Positions 16,241 through 26,585 are shown, counted from the stretch's first letter. The stretch: DNA of 64,000 nt from an uncultured Sphingopyxis sp. (GCA_964554455.1 CAZKOW010000001.1:132951-196950), one strand, 5' to 3'. Notes: generated by a model from the sequence alone, not told the origin. Numbers and translations: made by a program.

Positions 16241-17857
16241 CTAAAAGCGGGCGCGCAGCGTGATGCGGGCGATGCTGCGGCGAAATCCGTCGGGCGAAAA
16301 ACTGCGCGAGCTGGAATAATCATAGGCGGCCTCCGCCTCCAGCCGCGCGCTCAGCCGCTTGGCGATGCTCAGCCCCGCATTGACGATGGCGCGCGACGAC
16401 CCGCCCTTTTCGCGTTCAATCCCGCCCGCCAGCCGCAGGTCCCACCGCCAGCTGAGCGACAGGTCGCCATAGCCGCGCAACGTGACCTCGTGCCCGGTAA
16501 AGCCCGCCGGGCTGTAATAGCCGGGCTGCCACGGCAGGCGAAAGGCAAAGCGGGTCAGGCGATACCCGGCGGTCAGGCGGGGCCGGTCGAGCAGGCGGTG
16601 GGCGAGTTCCACCTGTTGCCAGTTGCGGCGGTTGCCATCGGTGTATTTTGTCCGGCTGATCCGCGCCGACAGTGTCGTGCCATCGGCGGGGATGACGTCG
16701 ATGGACGCGCCGAGCTGAGTCGCGATCAGCGCCGCGCGCAGCGTCACCTCGCTGTCAAAGGTCCAGCGCGACACGCCGGCATCGATGCGGATGGCGTCGA
16801 CCGGGCGCAGCGTTGCATAGCCCTCAAAGGTCAGTGGCGCTTGGCGGCGACCGCGCCCCTCCTCGATTATGATGTCCAGCGCGACCGCGCCGTTCACCTC
16901 CACCGCATCGCTGATCCGATAGCCGCCATGGAGCGCCGGGCGGTCAACGCGGATGCCGTCCCGGCGCGCTTGCGGGGGGCGATAGGCGGCGCGGGCATAA
17001 CGCAGGCCCACGCTGCCGCGACCCGCATCGATGGGCAGCCGCAGGTCGATGCTGGCCTCGCTTATCGCCAGATCGTCGGACTGGTCGAACAGGCGCAGGT
17101 CGGCGCGCACCTCCGGCCGCAGGCGTTGCTGTTGCGCGTCCAGCAGCTTGGCCAGATGGCGGTGGTCCGGATGCTGGGCCGCGGCGGCGCGCAGCACGGG
17201 CAGGGCAAGGTCGCCGCGCCCCATCCAGATCCGCGCCTCGGCCAGGATGACGCTGCCCTCCCTATCGCCGGGTTGCAACGCCAACAGCCGCTGGGCATCG
17301 GCGATGGCGGCGCGATAATCGCCGCGCCAGCTGCGCATCCGGGCGCGCCCGCGCAGGGCATCGGCATCGTCGGGGTTGGCGCGCAGCAGCGCGGCATAGG
17401 CGGCCTCAGCCGCGCCCAGGCGACTGGCCCAGCCCAGCACCTGCGCGCGGGCGATGGCGACATCGCGGTCCTGCGGCTGCATGGCCAGTGCGCGGCCATA
17501 TTCGGCAATGGCGGCATCATGCTGCCCCGCCCAGGACAGCGCCCGGGCAAGGCCAATGCGCGCCTGGCGCTGCGCCTCGCCCTGGTCAGCGGCCACGCCC
17601 GCGCGATAGAGCGCGATGGCCTCGGCAAATTGGCGGGACCAGGTGAGTTGATCGGCAAGCTCGCGCCGCCATTCACCCGTCCGCTCGGGCGCGAGCGCAA
17701 TGGCGGCGCGAAAGGCGGCAATCGCCTCCGCATGCCGGTCGGCGCGGGCGGCGGCGCGGGCGGTTTCGGCTGCGGCATCGGCGCTGCTGTCCTGGGCCTG
17801 CGCCGGACAGGCGAGAGCGGCGGCGGCCAACAGGCCGGTTGAACGAAGCCAGGTCAT
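16241..17857 (-). CDS. TPR + C-terminal beta-barrel outer-membrane exopolysaccharide export protein (PgaA/BcsC-like)
   Basis: 538 aa. Signal peptide, about 250 aa of TPRs, then an amphipathic beta-strand region ending '...RITLRARF' (terminal Phe). Confidence 0.75.
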   Translation of the reverse strand: MTWLRSTGLLAAAALACPAQAQDSSADAAAETARAAARADRHAEAIAAFRAAIALAPERTGEWRRELADQLTWSRQFAEAIALYRAGVAADQGEAQRQARIGLARALSWAGQHDAAIAEYGRALAMQPQDRDVAIARAQVLGWASRLGAAEAAYAALLRANPDDADALRGRARMRSWRGDYRAAIADAQRLLALQPGDREGSVILAEARIWMGRGDLALPVLRAAAAQHPDHRHLAKLLDAQQQRLRPEVRADLRLFDQSDDLAISEASIDLRLPIDAGRGSVGLRYARAAYRPPQARRDGIRVDRPALHGGYRISDAVEVNGAVALDIIIEEGRGRRQAPLTFEGYATLRPVDAIRIDAGVSRWTFDSEVTLRAALIATQLGASIDVIPADGTTLSARISRTKYTDGNRRNWQQVELAHRLLDRPRLTAGYRLTRFAFRLPWQPGYYSPAGFTGHEVTLRGYGDLSLSWRWDLRLAGGIEREKGGSSRAIVNAGLSIAKRLSARLEAEAAYDYSSSRSFSPDGFRRSIARITLRARF

Positions 17858-19695
17858 GCGAAAACTCCTTGTGAACGAAGGGCGGTGCGGCGGCGGAGCC
17901 AGGCCGCGATTGGCGGCCCCAGCCGCAGCGCGGCAATCCCCAGCACCAGCCAGAGCGCCGTGACGGCGGCGAGCAGATAGCCCGAGCGGGCGAAGGCGAT
18001 GACCCAGCTGAGCTGCGCCGTGACGAACAGCAATTCGGTGATGGCATAGGCCGGGCGGGCGATGCGGGGGATGGCGAAGCCGGGCCGCGCCGGGGTTCGC
18101 TTGGCCAGTGCCGCTGGCGTGGCCGCTATGGCCGGTGGAGCGACGGTCCCGCCGCTGACCTTTGCGGTTTTCGGGGTGCGTTCAAATTCGGCGTGCATCG
18201 GGCCGAACAGCCCCTCGACAAAGGCGCAGAAATGGTGCGGCAACATGCCCGCGCTGACCACCAGGTAGGGGATGACGCGGAAAAAACGGCGCAGGCGCGA
18301 CAGGCGCAGCGTGCCGTCGGCGCGGGTGTAGCTGGCGCGCGCCTCATGATTGGCCGCCAGCGTAGCGGCCACCGCAAAGACGACCGGCGGGGCCAGATAG
18401 GCGGCGAGCGCCGCCCCCGTCCCATATTCGGCAAGCGACAGGCCGTGTGCCAGCAGGAAGGGGAAAATCGCGATCCAGATGAACCACAAGGGCCATTGCC
18501 ACGAAATGCACACCATCGCGAGCAGGCCCGATTTGCGGCGCAGCCCGGCGCGGTGGCGAAAGAGCAGGCGGCCCAGGTGCAGCCGCTGCAGCTGTGCCCA
18601 GCCCTGCGTCCACCGCTTTTGCTGGGACCGATAGGCCGCCATGGATTGCGGCAGCTCGGCAGGGGCGACTATCTCCTTCACAAATTTGGTGCGGTAACCC
18701 GCGAACAGCGCGCGGACGCTGAGCTCGCAATCCTCGACCAGGCTGGATGAGCTCCAGCCGCCCGCGCGCTCGATGGCGGCGGCGCGCCAGACCCCGGCGG
18801 TGCCAGTGAAATTGACGAAACCCAGGACTTTGGAGCGCCAGCTTTGCTGCAGCGTATGGTGGTCATCGACCCACAATGCCTGCGCGGCGGTGAGCGGGGT
18901 GTCGTCGTCGTTGAGGTGGCCCCACTGCGCCTGGACCAGCGCTAGATCGGGCAGCGGCGCGCCATCGGGCGCATAAAAATGCGGGATGGCGCGGGTCAGA
19001 TAATCGCGCGGCGGGACAAAGTCGGCATCGAAAATAGCGATGAAGTCGGCGTCGGTCCGGTGGCGGCCCGCCTCCAGCGCGCCGGCCTTATACCCCGACC
19101 GGTCGGTGCGGTGGATGAAGGCGATGGCGCTGTGCGTGCGCAGCCCCTCGGTCACGCAAAATTGCTGAACCAGCGCGCGGGTGGCAGGATCGGTCGAATC
19201 GTCGAGCACCTGAATGACCAGCCGGTCGCGCGGCCAGTGCAGCGCCGCCGCCGCCGCGATGACGCGCGTGGCCACGGCGGCTTCGTTGAACATGGGCAGC
19301 TGGACGCACACTTTGGGCAGGCGCGCGGGCAGGGGCCCGGCGGGGTCGGTGCGGCGGGCAAAGAGGAAATAGCCGATCCGTTCGCGCAGCCCGAACAGGA
19401 AAAAGGCAAGGATCCCCGCGTAGGGCACATGGAGCAGCAGCGCGAGCAGCGCCCCGCCCTGTGCCGGGGCGGACGGGGCGATGGTCAGCCCGCCCTCGAC
19501 CGACCAGGCAAAGGCCGCCAGCCACAGGGCAAAGACCGCGATGATGACGGGCATGGGCCGCAGCCGCGAGGCAACTGCGAGCGCCGCATGGGCGGCTGGC
19601 GCGCGGTTGGTGGGTGCTGGCGGGGGGCTGGTATCGGCGGGCCGGTCGTCGACCAGGCGGCGGGGAAGATCGTCGTCAAAATGCTGGTCGAACAT
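17854..19695 (-). CDS. processive family-2 glycosyltransferase (synthase) with N- and C-terminal membrane domains
   Basis: 613 aa. Motifs 'VLDDSTD', 'IAIFDADF', 'LVEDCELS' and 'QQKRWTQGW' (QxxRW). Its stop overlaps the start of the TPR-barrel gene. Confidence 0.85.
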   Translation of the reverse strand: MFDQHFDDDLPRRLVDDRPADTSPPPAPTNRAPAAHAALAVASRLRPMPVIIAVFALWLAAFAWSVEGGLTIAPSAPAQGGALLALLLHVPYAGILAFFLFGLRERIGYFLFARRTDPAGPLPARLPKVCVQLPMFNEAAVATRVIAAAAALHWPRDRLVIQVLDDSTDPATRALVQQFCVTEGLRTHSAIAFIHRTDRSGYKAGALEAGRHRTDADFIAIFDADFVPPRDYLTRAIPHFYAPDGAPLPDLALVQAQWGHLNDDDTPLTAAQALWVDDHHTLQQSWRSKVLGFVNFTGTAGVWRAAAIERAGGWSSSSLVEDCELSVRALFAGYRTKFVKEIVAPAELPQSMAAYRSQQKRWTQGWAQLQRLHLGRLLFRHRAGLRRKSGLLAMVCISWQWPLWFIWIAIFPFLLAHGLSLAEYGTGAALAAYLAPPVVFAVAATLAANHEARASYTRADGTLRLSRLRRFFRVIPYLVVSAGMLPHHFCAFVEGLFGPMHAEFERTPKTAKVSGGTVAPPAIAATPAALAKRTPARPGFAIPRIARPAYAITELLFVTAQLSWVIAFARSGYLLAAVTALWLVLGIAALRLGPPIAAWLRRRTALRSQGVFA

Positions 19696-19875
19696 GGCCG
19701 TGCGCCCTTGCTTTCATGGGGGATCGCAAGGGCTAACGGCGCCAGGGGGGCGGTTATTCCATCGCCCCGGCAAAATCGGCACCCGCTCGGCGAACAGCGG
19801 TTTACTTTGCGGCAGGCGCAGGCATGATGGCGCGCGGCGGGCCATCCCGTCCGGCTGGGTGAAGAGGAAAGAGCG

Positions 19876-20337
19876 ATGATGCATGCTGTGAAACTGGCGC
19901 TGCTGACCGCAGGGTTGATTGCCGTTCCCGTGGCCGTGTCGGCAGCGGCCCCCGAAATCATCAAGGCGCGGCAGGCGCAGTTCAAAAGCGTCGGTGCAGC
20001 GATCAAGGCCGTGGGTGACGAGGTGCGCAAGGGCGAACCATCGGTTGCGGTCATTCGCACCAATGCGACCGCGCTGCACACCCGGCTGACCAACGCCACC
20101 CACCCGCGAAATTTCCCGCGCGGATCGGGCAAGCAGGCCGGCGTGACGACTGAGGCCGGGCCCGCCATCTGGACCAAGCCCGCCGAATTTGCCGCCGCGC
20201 GCAAAAAGGCGCTGGCCGCGACCGATGCGCTCAAGAAGGCGGCGGCGACCGGCGACATCGCCAAAATCCGCCCCGCCGTCGCGGCGGTGGGCGCGGGGTG
20301 CAAGGGATGCCATGACAGCTTCCGCGTCAAGGATTGA
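19876..20337 (+). CDS. cytochrome c' (class II c-type cytochrome)
   Basis: 153 aa. Signal peptide, four-helix-type sequence and C-terminal haem site 'GCKGCHDSFR'. Confidence 0.85.
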   Translation: MMHAVKLALLTAGLIAVPVAVSAAAPEIIKARQAQFKSVGAAIKAVGDEVRKGEPSVAVIRTNATALHTRLTNATHPRNFPRGSGKQAGVTTEAGPAIWTKPAEFAAARKKALAATDALKKAAATGDIAKIRPAVAAVGAGCKGCHDSFRVKD

Positions 20338-21035
20338 CCATGACTGAAGCGGCTGAGGCCGACCGCGCGGACGCAGGCGCGGCGCGCATCCGGCTATGGG
20401 ACTGGCCGGTGCGGCTGGTGCATTGGTCGTTCGCGCTGCTCATCCCCGCCATGTGGTGGACGGCGGAGGAAGGGATGATGGAGCGGCACAGCCAGCTGGG
20501 CATGCTGCTCCTCGTCCTCCTCGTCTTTCGGCTGCTGTGGGGCCTGGTCGGCAGCGAGAGCGCGCGCTTCGCCAGCTTTGTGAAGGGGCCCGCGGCGGTC
20601 ATCGCCTATATGCGCGGGCAGGGCGCGGCAAAGCCGGGACACAGCCCGCTGGGCGCGCTCAGCGTCGTCGCGCTGCTGACCCTGCTCGCGGTGCAAATTG
20701 GCCTGGGCCTGTTTGCGCAGGATGTCGATGCGCTGTTTTCCGGCCCGCTCAACCATCTTGTCAGCTATGAAACCGGCGATGCCGCGCGGGAGTGGCACGA
20801 GGCGTCGTTCAACCTGCTCGCCGCGCTGATCGCGGTGCATCTGGCGGCGATTGCCTTTTACCACTTTGTCCGCCGCGACAATCTGGTCGGCCCGATGGTG
20901 ACGGGCCTGCGCACCGTGCCGCCGGGCACGCGCGCACCGGCGCCAGGGTCGGCGCTGGCGGCGCTCCTGTGCCTCGCCATCGCGGTGGGGGTGGGCTGGT
21001 GGATCTGGTCGGGCGCGCCGACGCTGGGCGGGTAG
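20334..21035 (+). CDS. cytochrome b561-family membrane protein
   Basis: 'RLWDWPVRLVHWSFALLIPAMWWT' with conserved His in TM helices. Overlaps the cytochrome c' stop by 4 nt. Confidence 0.8.
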   Translation: MTMTEAAEADRADAGAARIRLWDWPVRLVHWSFALLIPAMWWTAEEGMMERHSQLGMLLLVLLVFRLLWGLVGSESARFASFVKGPAAVIAYMRGQGAAKPGHSPLGALSVVALLTLLAVQIGLGLFAQDVDALFSGPLNHLVSYETGDAAREWHEASFNLLAALIAVHLAAIAFYHFVRRDNLVGPMVTGLRTVPPGTRAPAPGSALAALLCLAIAVGVGWWIWSGAPTLGG

Positions 21036-21063
21036 GCGCTGTTGAGGGCGATACCGAAGCCTT

Positions 21064-21124
21064 GCGCTTGTCGAAGGGTGCGGCGCTGCCAGGACCGGGC
21101 TTCGACAGGCTCAGCCCTGCGGTG
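21064..21124. repeat. REP family A hairpin (degenerate copy)
   Basis: 'gcgcttgtcgaaggg ... gggcttcgacaggctcagccctgcggtg'; the same 3' arm occurs at 36201-36229. Confidence 0.7.
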
Positions 21125-21137
21125 ACATCATCACGCT

Positions 21138-21869
21138 CTAACCCGCCAGCGCCGCGCGCAGCGGTTCGGCCCAGGCGGGGTGGGAGATAATCAGATCGGC
21201 GACATAAGGGTCGGGCCGGTTATAGGTCAGCGGCGTGCCGTCCAGCCGCGTGACGATGAGGCCATGGGCCAGCGCGACCGCGACCGGCGCGCAATTGTCC
21301 CATTCATATTGGCCGCCGCTGTGCAGATAAATCTCTGCCTCGCCGCGCACCACTGCCATGGCCTTGGCTCCGGCGCTGCCCATGGGGATCAGCGCCGCGC
21401 CCAGCGCCGCCGCCACGCCCTGCGTCTCGGGCGCGGGCCGGGTGCGGCTGACCACCATGCGCGGGGGCCGCGATGGGTCGCAAACGGGCGGGGGAGCAGG
21501 CGCGCTGGTCCAGCATTGGTGAAGCCCGGGCAGCGCGACCGCGCCGACCACCGGCTGGCCATCGACCGCCAGCGCGACATGCACCGCCCAATCATCGCGC
21601 CGCTCGCCATATTCGCGGGTGCCGTCGAGCGGGTCGATAATCCACACCCGCCGCGCGGTCAGGCGGGCGGGGTCGTCGCGCTCCTCCTCGCACAAAATCG
21701 CATCATCGGGGCGTTCGCGGCGCAGCGCATCCATCAGCATGGCATTGGCCGCCGCATCGCCCGCATCGCCCAGCGCGCGGCCCTGCAACGCGCCATCCTC
21801 GGCCAGCGCGGCCAGCAACGCCCCGGCGTCGCGCGCCAGCCGTGCGGCAAGGGCAATGTCGGCCGTCAT
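21138..21869 (-). CDS. cysQ: 3'(2'),5'-bisphosphate nucleotidase
   Basis: Inositol-monophosphatase fold motifs 'EEERDD' and '[12 protein letters not shown]'. The 4-nt overlap with cysNC places it in a sulfate-assimilation operon. Confidence 0.85.
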   Translation of the reverse strand: MTADIALAARLARDAGALLAALAEDGALQGRALGDAGDAAANAMLMDALRRERPDDAILCEEERDDPARLTARRVWIIDPLDGTREYGERRDDWAVHVALAVDGQPVVGAVALPGLHQCWTSAPAPPPVCDPSRPPRMVVSRTRPAPETQGVAAALGAALIPMGSAGAKAMAVVRGEAEIYLHSGGQYEWDNCAPVAVALAHGLIVTRLDGTPLTYNRPDPYVADLIISHPAWAEPLRAALAG

Positions 21870-23779
21870 TTCAGCGGCAGGATTTGCTGGATGATATGCG
21901 CCGCCGCTTCGTCGACCGTCATGTCGACCGTGTTGACGCGAATCTCTGGCGCCTCGGGAACTTCATAGGGGCTGTCGATGCCCGTGAAGTTTTTCAGCTC
22001 ACCGGCGCGCGCCTTTTTGTACAGGCCCTTGACGTCGCGCGCTTCGGCCACCGCCAGCGGCGTGTCGACAAAGATTTCGACAAATTCCCCCTCGGGCAGC
22101 ATCGCGCGCACCATGGCGCGTTCGGCGCGGAAGGGCGAGATAAAGGCCGTGAGGACGATCAGCCCGGCGTCGGTCATCAACTTGGCCACCTCCCCCACCC
22201 GGCGGATATTTTCAATCCGGTCGGCATCGGTAAAGCCCAGATCGCGGTTCAGCCCGTGGCGGACATTGTCGCCGTCGAGCAGGAAGGTGTGCCGGTTCAT
22301 CAGATTGAGCTGCTTTTCCACCGCATTGGCGATGGTCGATTTGCCCGACCCCGACAGGCCCGTGAACCACAGGAGCAGGGGCCGCTGATTTTTGAGCGCG
22401 GCGTGGTCGGCGCGGGTGATGTCGGTGGGTTGCCAATGGACATTCTGCGCGCGGCGCAGCGCGAAATGGATCATCCCCGCCGCGACCGTGCGGTTGGTCA
22501 GCTTGTCGATCAGGATGAAGCCGCCCAGCGTGCGGTCATCGGCATAGGGGGCAAAGACGATGGGCCGGTCGGTCGCAATTTCCGCGACGCCGATGGCGTT
22601 CAGCTCCAGCGTCTTGGCGGCCAGCCGGTCGAGCGTGTTGACGTTGATGACATATTTGGGCGGCTGCACCGTGGCGGTCGCCTGCGCCGTCCCCAGTTTC
22701 AGCCAATAGCCGCGCCCGGGGATCAGCGCGTCGTCGTCCATCCAGATGATCGTCGCTTCAAACTGGTCGGCGACCTGCGGCGGGGCGTCCGCCGCCGCGA
22801 TCACATTGCCGCGCGAACAATCGACATCGTCGGTCAGCGTCAGCGTGACCGACTGGCCCTCGCGCGCCGCCGCCAAATCGCCGTCCATGGTGACGATGCG
22901 CGCGACCTGGCTGGTCCGGCCCGATGGCAGGATGCGCACGGCATCGCCGGGGCGGACGGACCCGGCGCTGATCTGCCCCGCAAAGCCCCGGAAGTCGAGG
23001 TCGGGCCGGTTCACCCACTGCACCGGCAGGCGCAGCGGCGCAGCGGCGGCCCCGTCATCCGCCAGCGGCACCGTGTCGAGATGGTCGATCAGCGTCGCCC
23101 CCCGATACCAGGGCATGGCGGCGCTGGCCTGCGTCACATTGTCGCCGCGAAAGCCCGACAGGGGAATCGCGGTCACCGCCCCCATGGGCCGCCCGTCATG
23201 GGCGCTGAGCGTTTGGGCAAAGGCGCGGTAATCGGCGACGATGCGGTCGAACACCGCCTGGTCATAATCGACTAGGTCCATCTTGTTCACTGCCAGCACC
23301 AGGTGCCGGATGCGCAGCCGGTGGCACAGGAAACTGTGCCGCCGCGTCTGCGTCAGCACGCCCTTGCGCGCGTCGACCAGGATGATGGCGGCATCGGCGG
23401 TCGACGCGCCCGTCACCATGTTGCGCGTATATTGTTCATGCCCGGGGCAATCGGCGACGATATATTTGCGCAGCTCGGTCGCAAAGAAACGATAGGCGAC
23501 ATCGATGGTGATGCCCTGCTCGCGCTCGGCGGCCAGGCCGTCGACCAGCAGGGCAAAGTCAATCTCTGCCCCCTGCGTGCCCACCCGGCGGCTGTCCGCC
23601 TCCAGCGCGGCGAGCTGATCGCTGAACAGCAATTTGCTGTCATACAGCAACCGGCCGATCAGCGTGGATTTGCCATCATCCACGCTGCCGCAGGTGATGA
23701 AGCGCAGCAGCGTCTTGGCATCATGCGCGGCGAGATAGGCGGCGGTGTCGGGCGGGGGCGGCGCGGCGGGGAGAGTCAT
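21866..23779 (-). CDS. cysNC: bifunctional sulfate adenylyltransferase subunit 1 / adenylylsulfate kinase
   Basis: GTPase '[14 protein letters not shown]' and 'DCPGHEQY', plus a C-terminal APS kinase P-loop '[11 protein letters not shown]'. Start taken at ATG 23779 (MTLPAAP...), because the track extension to 24034 is REP-encoded. Confidence 0.9.
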   Translation of the reverse strand: MTLPAAPPPPDTAAYLAAHDAKTLLRFITCGSVDDGKSTLIGRLLYDSKLLFSDQLAALEADSRRVGTQGAEIDFALLVDGLAAEREQGITIDVAYRFFATELRKYIVADCPGHEQYTRNMVTGASTADAAIILVDARKGVLTQTRRHSFLCHRLRIRHLVLAVNKMDLVDYDQAVFDRIVADYRAFAQTLSAHDGRPMGAVTAIPLSGFRGDNVTQASAAMPWYRGATLIDHLDTVPLADDGAAAAPLRLPVQWVNRPDLDFRGFAGQISAGSVRPGDAVRILPSGRTSQVARIVTMDGDLAAAREGQSVTLTLTDDVDCSRGNVIAAADAPPQVADQFEATIIWMDDDALIPGRGYWLKLGTAQATATVQPPKYVINVNTLDRLAAKTLELNAIGVAEIATDRPIVFAPYADDRTLGGFILIDKLTNRTVAAGMIHFALRRAQNVHWQPTDITRADHAALKNQRPLLLWFTGLSGSGKSTIANAVEKQLNLMNRHTFLLDGDNVRHGLNRDLGFTDADRIENIRRVGEVAKLMTDAGLIVLTAFISPFRAERAMVRAMLPEGEFVEIFVDTPLAVAEARDVKGLYKKARAGELKNFTGIDSPYEVPEAPEIRVNTVDMTVDEAAAHIIQQILPLK

Positions 23780-23885
23780 GCCCAGCCCCTCCATCGCACC
23801 GGCACCGTCCGTGCCCCCGTGCACCGACCATCCCCCCAACACCGCCCGGCCTCCAAAGCCTCTCCATCCTCCCAACACCGTCCGC

Positions 23886-23956
23886 CCTGAGCTTGTCGAA
23901 GGGTCGTCCTTGCCTTTGACCGGGGGAAGGCAGGACGGTCCTTCGACAAGCTCAGG
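23886..23956. repeat. REP family A hairpin
   Basis: CCTGAGCTTGTCGAAGGG ... CCTTCGACAAGCTCAGG inverted repeat. Confidence 0.9.
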
Positions 23957-24103
23957 ACAGGCGGGGTGTGTGGAGGGGGGGTGGTGGAATTGGCGGCGAG
24001 GGTCCTCGCGGGGTCGAACCGCGTCGTCCTGCAAGGTTTATCCATTTCACCCGGCACCGTTCGTCCTTCAAAGCCTCTCCATCCTCCCAACACCGACCAC
24101 CCT

Positions 24104-24174
24104 GAGCTTGTCGAAGGGTCGTCCTTGCCATTGGCCGGGGGACGGAAGGACAGTCCTTCGACACGCTCAGGACA
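24104..24174. repeat. REP family A hairpin (second copy of a ~110-bp duplicated unit)
   Basis: CCTGAGCTTGTCGAAGGG ... CCTTCGACACGCTCAGG. The shared left flank 'caaagcctctccatcctcccaacaccg' also occurs at ~23857. Confidence 0.9.
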
Positions 24175-24218
24175 AGCGGGGCGTTTCGGGGCGGGTTGGA
24201 GGGACAAAGCCGGGGCCA

Positions 24219-25130
24219 TCAGAAATAGCCCTCCTGCTTTTTGCGCTCCATACTGGCGTCGCCGCCGTCCTTGTCGATGACGCGGCCTTCGCGCTCGCTG
24301 GTGGTGGCGACCAGCATTTCGCCGATGACCGCGTCGAGCGTGGCGGCGTCGCTTTCCACCGCGCCCGTCAGCGGGAAACAGCCCAGCGTGCGAAAGCGGA
24401 TGGTGCGCGTGGTTATCGCGGGCCGCTGGCCCAGCACCTGGGTCAGCCGGTCGATATCGTCGGCCATGAACAGCTGGCCGCCAAGGTCATAGGTCGGGCG
24501 CGGCGCGGCGAAATAGAGGGGGACGATGGCAATCCCCTCGCGCCGGATATATTGCCAGATATCAAGCTCGGTCCAGTTGGAGATGGGAAAGACGCGGATG
24601 CTCTCCCCGCGCTGCTTGCGCGCATTGTAGAGCGACCAGACCTCGGGCCGCTGCGCCTTTGGGTCCCAGCCGTGCGCTGCCGTGCGGAAGGAAAAAATCC
24701 GCTCCTTGGCCCGGCTTTTTTCCTCATCGCGCCGCGCGCCGCCAAAGGCCGCGTCAAAGCCATGGTGGGTCAGCGCCTGTTTCAGCCCTTCGGTCTTCCA
24801 CAGATCGGTGTGCAGCGCGCCATGGTCAAAGGGGTTGATGCCGCGCGCCAGCGCATCGGGGTTTTGCCAGACGATCAGCTCCATCCCCGCCGCGCGCGCC
24901 GCGCTTTCGCGCAGCGCATACATCGCCTGAAATTTCCAGGTCGTATCGACATGGAGCAAGGGAAAGGGCGGCGGCGCCGGAAAAAAGGCTTTGCGCGCCA
25001 GGTGCAGCATCACCGCGCTGTCCTTGCCAATGGAGTAGAGCATCACCGGGCGCGCGGCCTCCGCCACCACTTCGCGCAGGATGTGGATGGCTTCGGCCTC
25101 CAGCCGGTCAAGATGGGTCAGCGGGGTCAT
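24219..25130 (-). CDS. cysD: sulfate adenylyltransferase subunit 2
   Basis: '[21 protein letters not shown]...[15 protein letters not shown]' is a PAPS-reductase-like fold. Start ATG at 25130. Confidence 0.92.
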   Translation of the reverse strand: MTPLTHLDRLEAEAIHILREVVAEAARPVMLYSIGKDSAVMLHLARKAFFPAPPPFPLLHVDTTWKFQAMYALRESAARAAGMELIVWQNPDALARGINPFDHGALHTDLWKTEGLKQALTHHGFDAAFGGARRDEEKSRAKERIFSFRTAAHGWDPKAQRPEVWSLYNARKQRGESIRVFPISNWTELDIWQYIRREGIAIVPLYFAAPRPTYDLGGQLFMADDIDRLTQVLGQRPAITTRTIRFRTLGCFPLTGAVESDAATLDAVIGEMLVATTSEREGRVIDKDGGDASMERKKQEGYF

Positions 25131-25192
25131 CGCGGCGCTAATTGCTGGACGAGGGGCGGGAAACAAGCAAGATAAACTAGGGCGCGGCAAAG

Positions 25193-25675
25193 GTGCGCTG
25201 GATATCGGGGGAGGCCGGATTGGCGGGACGATTTTTCGACGAATGGACGGTCGGCGACCGGCTGGTCCACGACATCCGCCGGACGGTGACCGAGACGGAC
25301 AATCTGCTGTTTTCCACCATGACGCACAATCCCCAGCCGCTGCACCTGGATGCCGAAGCGGCGCGCGCAAGCGAATTTGGCCAGATATTGGTCAATGGCA
25401 CCTTCACCTTTGCGCTGATGGTCGGGCTGTCGGTGGGCGACACGACGCTGGGCACGCTGGTCGCCAATCTGGGCTATGACCAGCTGGTGATGCCGCGCCC
25501 GGTGTTTCTGGGTGACACGCTGCGCGCCGAAACCGAAGTGGTGGAACTGCGCGCGTCGAAATCGCGGCCCGACGCGGGCATCGTCACCTTTCGCCACCAG
25601 GCGCTGAACCAGCGGGGCGAGGTGGTCTGCGCCTGTTTGCGCAGCGCGCTCATCAAGCGGCGGGCGGGGGCGTGA
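25193..25675 (+). CDS. MaoC-like (hot-dog) hydratase/dehydratase
   Basis: '[37 protein letters not shown]' is typical of MaoC. The true start may be in-frame TTG at 25220, preceded by GGGGGAGG. Confidence 0.8.
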   Translation: MRWISGEAGLAGRFFDEWTVGDRLVHDIRRTVTETDNLLFSTMTHNPQPLHLDAEAARASEFGQILVNGTFTFALMVGLSVGDTTLGTLVANLGYDQLVMPRPVFLGDTLRAETEVVELRASKSRPDAGIVTFRHQALNQRGEVVCACLRSALIKRRAGA

Positions 25676-26535
25676 CGCTGCGCTCGCTGCTCTTCGTGCC
25701 GGGCGACCGGCCCGACCGCATGGCCAAGGCGCTGGCCAGCGAGGCCGACGCCATCATCCTGGACCTGGAGGATGCCGTCGCCCCGGACCGCAAGGCAGCG
25801 GCGCGGGCGATGTCCGCTGCCTTCCTGCGCGGGGAGGGGCAGAGGCAAGAGCAGGGGCAGGGCACCCAGATTTTCGTGCGCGTCAACCCGCTGGACAGCG
25901 GCCTGACCGCAGATGATCTGGCCGCCATCGCCCCGGCGGCGCCCAGCGGCTATCTGCTGCCCAAGGCGCAGGGCGGCGGCTGTGCCGCGCGGCTGGCGGC
26001 GATGCTGACGGCGGTGGGCGATGCCACCGGGCGCATCCTGCCCATCGCCAGCGAAACCCCGGCGGCGGTCTTTGGCCTGGGCAGCTATGCCGGGTCCACC
26101 GACCGGCTGGTCGGCCTGTCGTGGGGGGCAGAGGATTTGCCCGCCGCCATCGGCGCAACCAGCGCGCGCGAGGCCGATGGCCGTTACACGCCGGTGTATG
26201 AGGTGGTGCGCACGCTGGCGCTGATGGGCGCGCATGCCGCTGGCGTGCTGGCGATCGACACGGTGTTTCCGGCGTTTCGCGATCTCGATGGGCTCGCCGC
26301 CTATGCCGCGCGGGCGCGGCGCGATGGCTTTACCGGGATGCTGGCCATCCACCCCGCGCAGGTGCCGGTCATCAACGCCGCCTTCACCCCCAGCGCCGAA
26401 GAGGTCGCCCATGCCCGCGCCGTCGTCGATCTGTTTGCCGCCAACCCCGGCGCGGGCGCGCTGGCGCTCAATGGCCAAATGCTCGACGCCCCGCACCTGA
26501 AAGCCGCACAGCGGGTGCTCGATCGGGTAAAATAA
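25672..26535 (+). CDS. HpcH/HpaI-CitE family acyl-CoA lyase (citrate lyase beta-like)
   Basis: 'RSLLFVPGDRPDRMAKALASEADAIILDLEDAVAP' is the CitE signature. 4-nt overlap with the MaoC gene. Confidence 0.85.
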   Translation: MTLRSLLFVPGDRPDRMAKALASEADAIILDLEDAVAPDRKAAARAMSAAFLRGEGQRQEQGQGTQIFVRVNPLDSGLTADDLAAIAPAAPSGYLLPKAQGGGCAARLAAMLTAVGDATGRILPIASETPAAVFGLGSYAGSTDRLVGLSWGAEDLPAAIGATSAREADGRYTPVYEVVRTLALMGAHAAGVLAIDTVFPAFRDLDGLAAYAARARRDGFTGMLAIHPAQVPVINAAFTPSAEEVAHARAVVDLFAANPGAGALALNGQMLDAPHLKAAQRVLDRVK

Positions 26536-26554
26536 CCAAATCGGTAAAAATAGC

Positions 26555-26585
26555 TTGACAGCGTCACGCTGTTCTGGCACATATT
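26555..26585 (+). promoter_or_regulatory. candidate promoter of the GTA cluster with embedded 13-bp palindrome
   Basis: TTGACA (26555-26560), 17-19 nt spacer, then CACATA/CATATT. The spacer contains CAGCGT-C-ACGCTG (26559-26571). This is the only AT-rich stretch upstream of g1. Confidence 0.4.

Noticed and set aside
16208-17842. 544-aa plus-strand ORF.
   Set aside because: It is antisense to the TPR/beta-barrel gene, which has a signal peptide and a C-terminal Phe. The composition is Arg/Gly/Ala-rich.
19807-19821. FNR/NnrR-like box TTGCG-GCAG-GCGCA, about 55 nt upstream of the cytochrome c' gene.
   Set aside because: The second half-site deviates from CGCAA/ATCAA and the spacing is ambiguous. 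Such GC-rich near-matches are expected by chance here. A weight-matrix scan and NO-response data would be needed.
23780-25370. N-terminal extensions of cysNC (to 24034) and cysD (to 25370) given by the ORF track.
   Set aside because: The extensions translate REP hairpins ('PELVEGPS...', 'LSLSKG...') or Pro/Arg-rich junk. Canonical N-termini start at ATG 23779 and ATG 25130.
26532-26539. CtrA half-site-like ATAACCAA upstream of GTA g1.
   Set aside because: Only 6 of 8 positions match TTAACCAT, and there is no second half-site at N7 spacing. It is mentioned in the promoter finding but not called as a feature.
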